Source: the human T2T-CHM13v2.0 reference genome, Homo sapiens. Taken from it: a DNA stretch of 64,000 nt. Where the stretch lies: NCBI RefSeq assembly GCF_009914755.1, contig NC_060942.1; one strand, given 5' to 3'. The notes under the pieces were generated by a model, which saw only the letters and a program-made list of their open reading frames with translations, made no database searches and had not been told where the DNA came from. Every line of letters begins with the position of its first letter. Within the stretch, counting starts at the first letter, position 1. Positions 56,837-64,000 of the stretch are shown in pieces. The position numbers and the translations under genes were made by a program.

Positions 56837-57519
56837 AGAATTTGGGTATCTTAAATAATGATTTTATGGTTTATCATGAATGGTTTAGAGAATGTTTAAG
56901 CAGGGAGGTGATTTGACCAGATTTTCCTTTTAGCACAATAAAGACTGAATTGGAGAAGAATAAGACAAGAGTCAGGACGACCAGTTAGTGGGATACAGTA
57001 ATAATTCTGAGTAAAATTATAAAATTTTTAAACATCTTGGTAATTTGTGAACGAAAAACATAAAATAATTGAAAAAGATATTAAGCAAGAAATACCAGAA
57101 GGGGCTGACATTCATTATATATGTCGTGGAAGTTGAGTTTAATTGCCAATTTCTAATTTTGATGATAGATTGAATGATAAAGTGATCACCCAAAATCGTG
57201 AATACCCATTTGGGAAATATGTTTGGCAAGAAAAGTTGTTATTGAAATTAATTTTAGACATGAATTTGAGGTACCCAATTGGCCCTATCCAGAAGGAACC
57301 TGGATATATGATCTATAATTCAGAGTACACATTTTGGATGAAAATACAGATTTAGGAAACACCAACATAATGGTGGTAATTGAAATCATGGGAGTGGAAG
57401 AGATGTCTCCAAGACATTTTACAGTTGGAGAAGAAAAAAGGGCCACAATGATGAGCTGGGAAACACCAACATTAAGGTGAAGACAAAGAAGATACACAAA
57501 AGTAACTGAGATGTGGCCA

Positions 57520-61280
<3,761 letters not shown>

Positions 61281-61313
61281 CAAGAATGAATGAGATAATA
61301 AATGCCTGACATG

Positions 61314-61343
<30 letters not shown>
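61281..61343 (+). other. L1 3' transduction (34 bp plus second poly-A)
   Basis: CAAGAATGAATGAGATAATAAATGCCTGACATGT lies between two A-tracts; AATAAA at 61297-61302; absent from the paralogous empty site. Confidence 0.88.
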
Positions 61344-61345
<2 letters not shown>

Positions 61346-61739
61346 GAAATAAAAATAAGTAAGACTGTGCCACTGAGGCAAGACACCATGAAGTAGAGAT
61401 TATTGAATATTCTGAGTGAAAAAAAGTGACTAGTATTACTACTTGATGCGGGAAGACTTTTTACTACCAAATAAAGACAATTGTTAAGAAAAAAGAAGTG
61501 AGATAAAAGAAACAGATTTTGACAGTGTTACTGTTTGTCTAGAGAATGCCCTTCTTAGGTTATGTCAGAATAAAAAATAAAAGGTATTTTGGTAAGGGAA
61601 CTTTTGGTCATATAGTTGCAAAATCTCTCTTCTAAATATGTCTTCATTTTTATTTAAAACAAAAGATTCTTAAACCACATATTTTGTCAAAGTTGTCTTG
61701 TACTTTGATTATTAAAGTAGGTGACTGTTAACATTATTT

Positions 61740-61940
61740 TAGCTTTGAAAGTCTGATTGTGAGATTTGGGCTCAAATCCTGACTGTGTCACTTAACTCGC
61801 TTGGAGAATGTAGGAAAAGATTTTTTGACACTTTGGTCTATAATTTTTGATCAAAAGGGGAGAAATGATAATAGAGTCCTATCTTAGGAATGCTGTGAGG
61901 ACTGCAACCAGATTGGTAAAGTAATTATCATACTAATAAT
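61740..61940 (+). mobile_element. MIR
   Basis: GATTTGGGCTCAAATCCTGACTGTGTCACTTAACT...ATAATAGAGTCCTATCTTAGGAATGCTGTGAGGA. Confidence 0.7.
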
Positions 61941-62277
61941 CAACACTTTTTTAGTCTTTCAGATTCATCTTCTCCAGGTAGTCCATTCTATGCTATTAGT
62001 TTGATGATGAAATTAAGTCCAACAAATCAGAATTCCTGTTCCAGGATTTAGAGTTTTCCATAGGTCGACTCAACCCTACTTACACAACCACATCTTCTAC
62101 AGTCTCAAACTGAATGTTGAGTATCCCGTGAATAAGGGATGATGCTCTTTTGAATCTGAAATGTTGTACATATAACTTAATTCTTAATTATAGGCTGTTG
62201 AAAAGTTTAGTACTGAAAAGGTTCATGGAAATTATTTTTGTCTCCCTTATTTTACAATTTTTTTTTTTTTTAAAGAA

Positions 62278-62600
62278 GGTCGGGCGCTGTAGCTCATGCC
62301 TGTAGTCCCAGCACTTTGGGAGGCTGAGGCTGGTGGATCACGAGATCAGGAGTTCGAGACCAGCCTGACCAACATGGTGAAACCCCATCTCTACTACAAA
62401 TACAAAAAATTAGCCAGGCATAGTGATGCGTGCCTGTAATCCCAGCTACTCAGGAGGCTGAGGCAGGAGAATTGCTTGAACCTAAGAGGCAGAGATTGCA
62501 GTAAGCGGAGATCAGGCCACTGCACTCCAGACTGGGCGACAGAGTGAGACTGTCTCAAAAATAAAATAAAATAAAATAAAAAAAAAAAAGAAAAGAAGAG
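62278..62600 (+). mobile_element. AluSg-like
   Basis: GGATCACGAGATCAGGAGTTCGAGACCAGCCTGACCAACATGG; (AAAAT)n tail. Confidence 0.93.
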
Positions 62601-63694
62601 AACAAAAAAAAACCTGATAGATATTGAATTGCCCAAAGGCAGTCATCCAGAACTTAAATCTTCTAATTCAAAGTACCATGTTTTTTTGTTAATATCATTA
62701 TTTTCATCTATATTTCCTGTTAAGATTGTATATAAATACTTTCAAACAAAATAAGACAAATTAAATAAAATAAATACACTGACTAGTTCCTACATAAACT
62801 TTTATTTTAAGACCAGCTTATAAAAAGATTATGATAAAGATCGTAAGTTTTAATCATATGGACCTTGTGGAGTGGCATCTACTGCTCCACCAACCCCTGA
62901 ACAAATTATCCTCATAGAATATTTGGCTGCCCTTTACTTACTCTGCTGTATGAATTTGAGCTATTAGAATGTTATGTTGAGAGGAAAATATTTTGGCTCA
63001 TGGTAAAGCAGTTTGCTTGAGAAGATAAGGAGTTTTCTAGGGCTGGTCTCTGTTCTGAATAACTTGTAACCATGCTATCCTGGTGGCCGTATGTTTAGTC
63101 TTCCCTATGCATTCTTAGGCTTCCAAAAGAAGATACTATTTCATCTTTGTTCCAAGCTACATACTAAGATTTTCCTTAGTCAGTCTGTAAGAATATGTGT
63201 CCAATTCACATAAGCTTCCCAAGAGGGTAAATAAAGCAGAAAACAGGGGCAAGGAGAAAAACTCAGGGCAATTTTATTCCCAACAAATAATCTTGCAGAC
63301 ACTAATGAAACAAATAAATAAGGCTATTAATATAAGTCCTGCAAAACTCACCCAAAGCTCCCATGCTCTCTCAAATCTTCTCCTGCTTAAAGCTCTCATT
63401 TTGACATGGAACATTTACAGGTAAAATTCTATATTGCTTGAGTTTAAAAGAAATTCTCAATCATGTTAATGTTAATGAAGATGGGGATGTTTTGCAAAGC
63501 TAACCTTCCCCTGTGGACAGGTAACCTCTATGATGCTAAAAATTTCTAACTGCAATGTTTACATTTCTGTATTATTTTTAAACTTTATAACACACTCCTC
63601 TTTTCTTATTTCTCTGAGAAGCTGCCATTTTGAAAATACAGTATCACCCACAGAAGTTACACTAAACATGATTGAATTATTCTTTGTTGTCATT

Positions 63695-63800
63695 TTTGTT
63701 TAACAGATGAGGATATTAAAGTTTGGAGAGGCTCAGGTAATATGGCCAGACACAGCAGAGCTGGAACTAGAAGCCAGTCCTCCACAGTAAGAACTCCAGC
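63695..63800 (-). mobile_element. MIR
   Basis: TTTAACAGATGAGGATATTAAAG...GAGAGG...CAGCAGAGCTGGAACTAGAAGCCAG. Confidence 0.65.
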
Positions 63801-64000
63801 TTTCAAGACAAAGTGGAACTACTCACAGCTTGTCACCATTTGATTCAGCTGACTTATGCCCTTCTTTTCCACTCTGACTCCAGTTAGATCCTATTCCACC
63901 TTTTCAATCAATACTCAATATTAATAACTATATACTAGACACTGGAAATGCTCCAGTAAAATAATGAGCATAACTCCTGCTTTCAAGATTACTAGGGCTT

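Overview
This window is primate non-coding DNA, almost certainly human: it is AT-rich, repeat-dense and intergenic or intronic. I find no credible host protein-coding exon, RNA gene or CRISPR array, and no evidence for a new biological system. The ORF-track entries I could assign are LINE-1 remnants, Alu read-through or microsatellite artefacts. The content is a layered record of mobile elements: L1 (L1M, L1PB, L1PA, L1HS), Alu J/S/Y, MaLR/ERVL LTRs, Tigger3, Charlie/MER hATs, MIR and L2. Subfamily names come from my recall of consensus sequences, not from a RepeatMasker run. The most informative structure is at 55.9-61.5 kb. There, a ~425-bp segment was copied in inverted orientation into a nearby MLT1 LTR (about 94% identity by hand count). 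A human-specific pre-Ta L1HS later inserted into the donor copy, so the other copy preserves the empty site. That comparison shows the L1 has no target-site duplication (TSD), joins through a 3-bp 5' microhomology, and carries a 34-bp 3' transduction with its own AATAAA. The window also holds three twin-primed (5'-inverted) L1PA insertions, a TSD-bounded full-length-type L1PA8-like element with a ~1.45-kb internal deletion, and several small template-switch palindromes and duplications.
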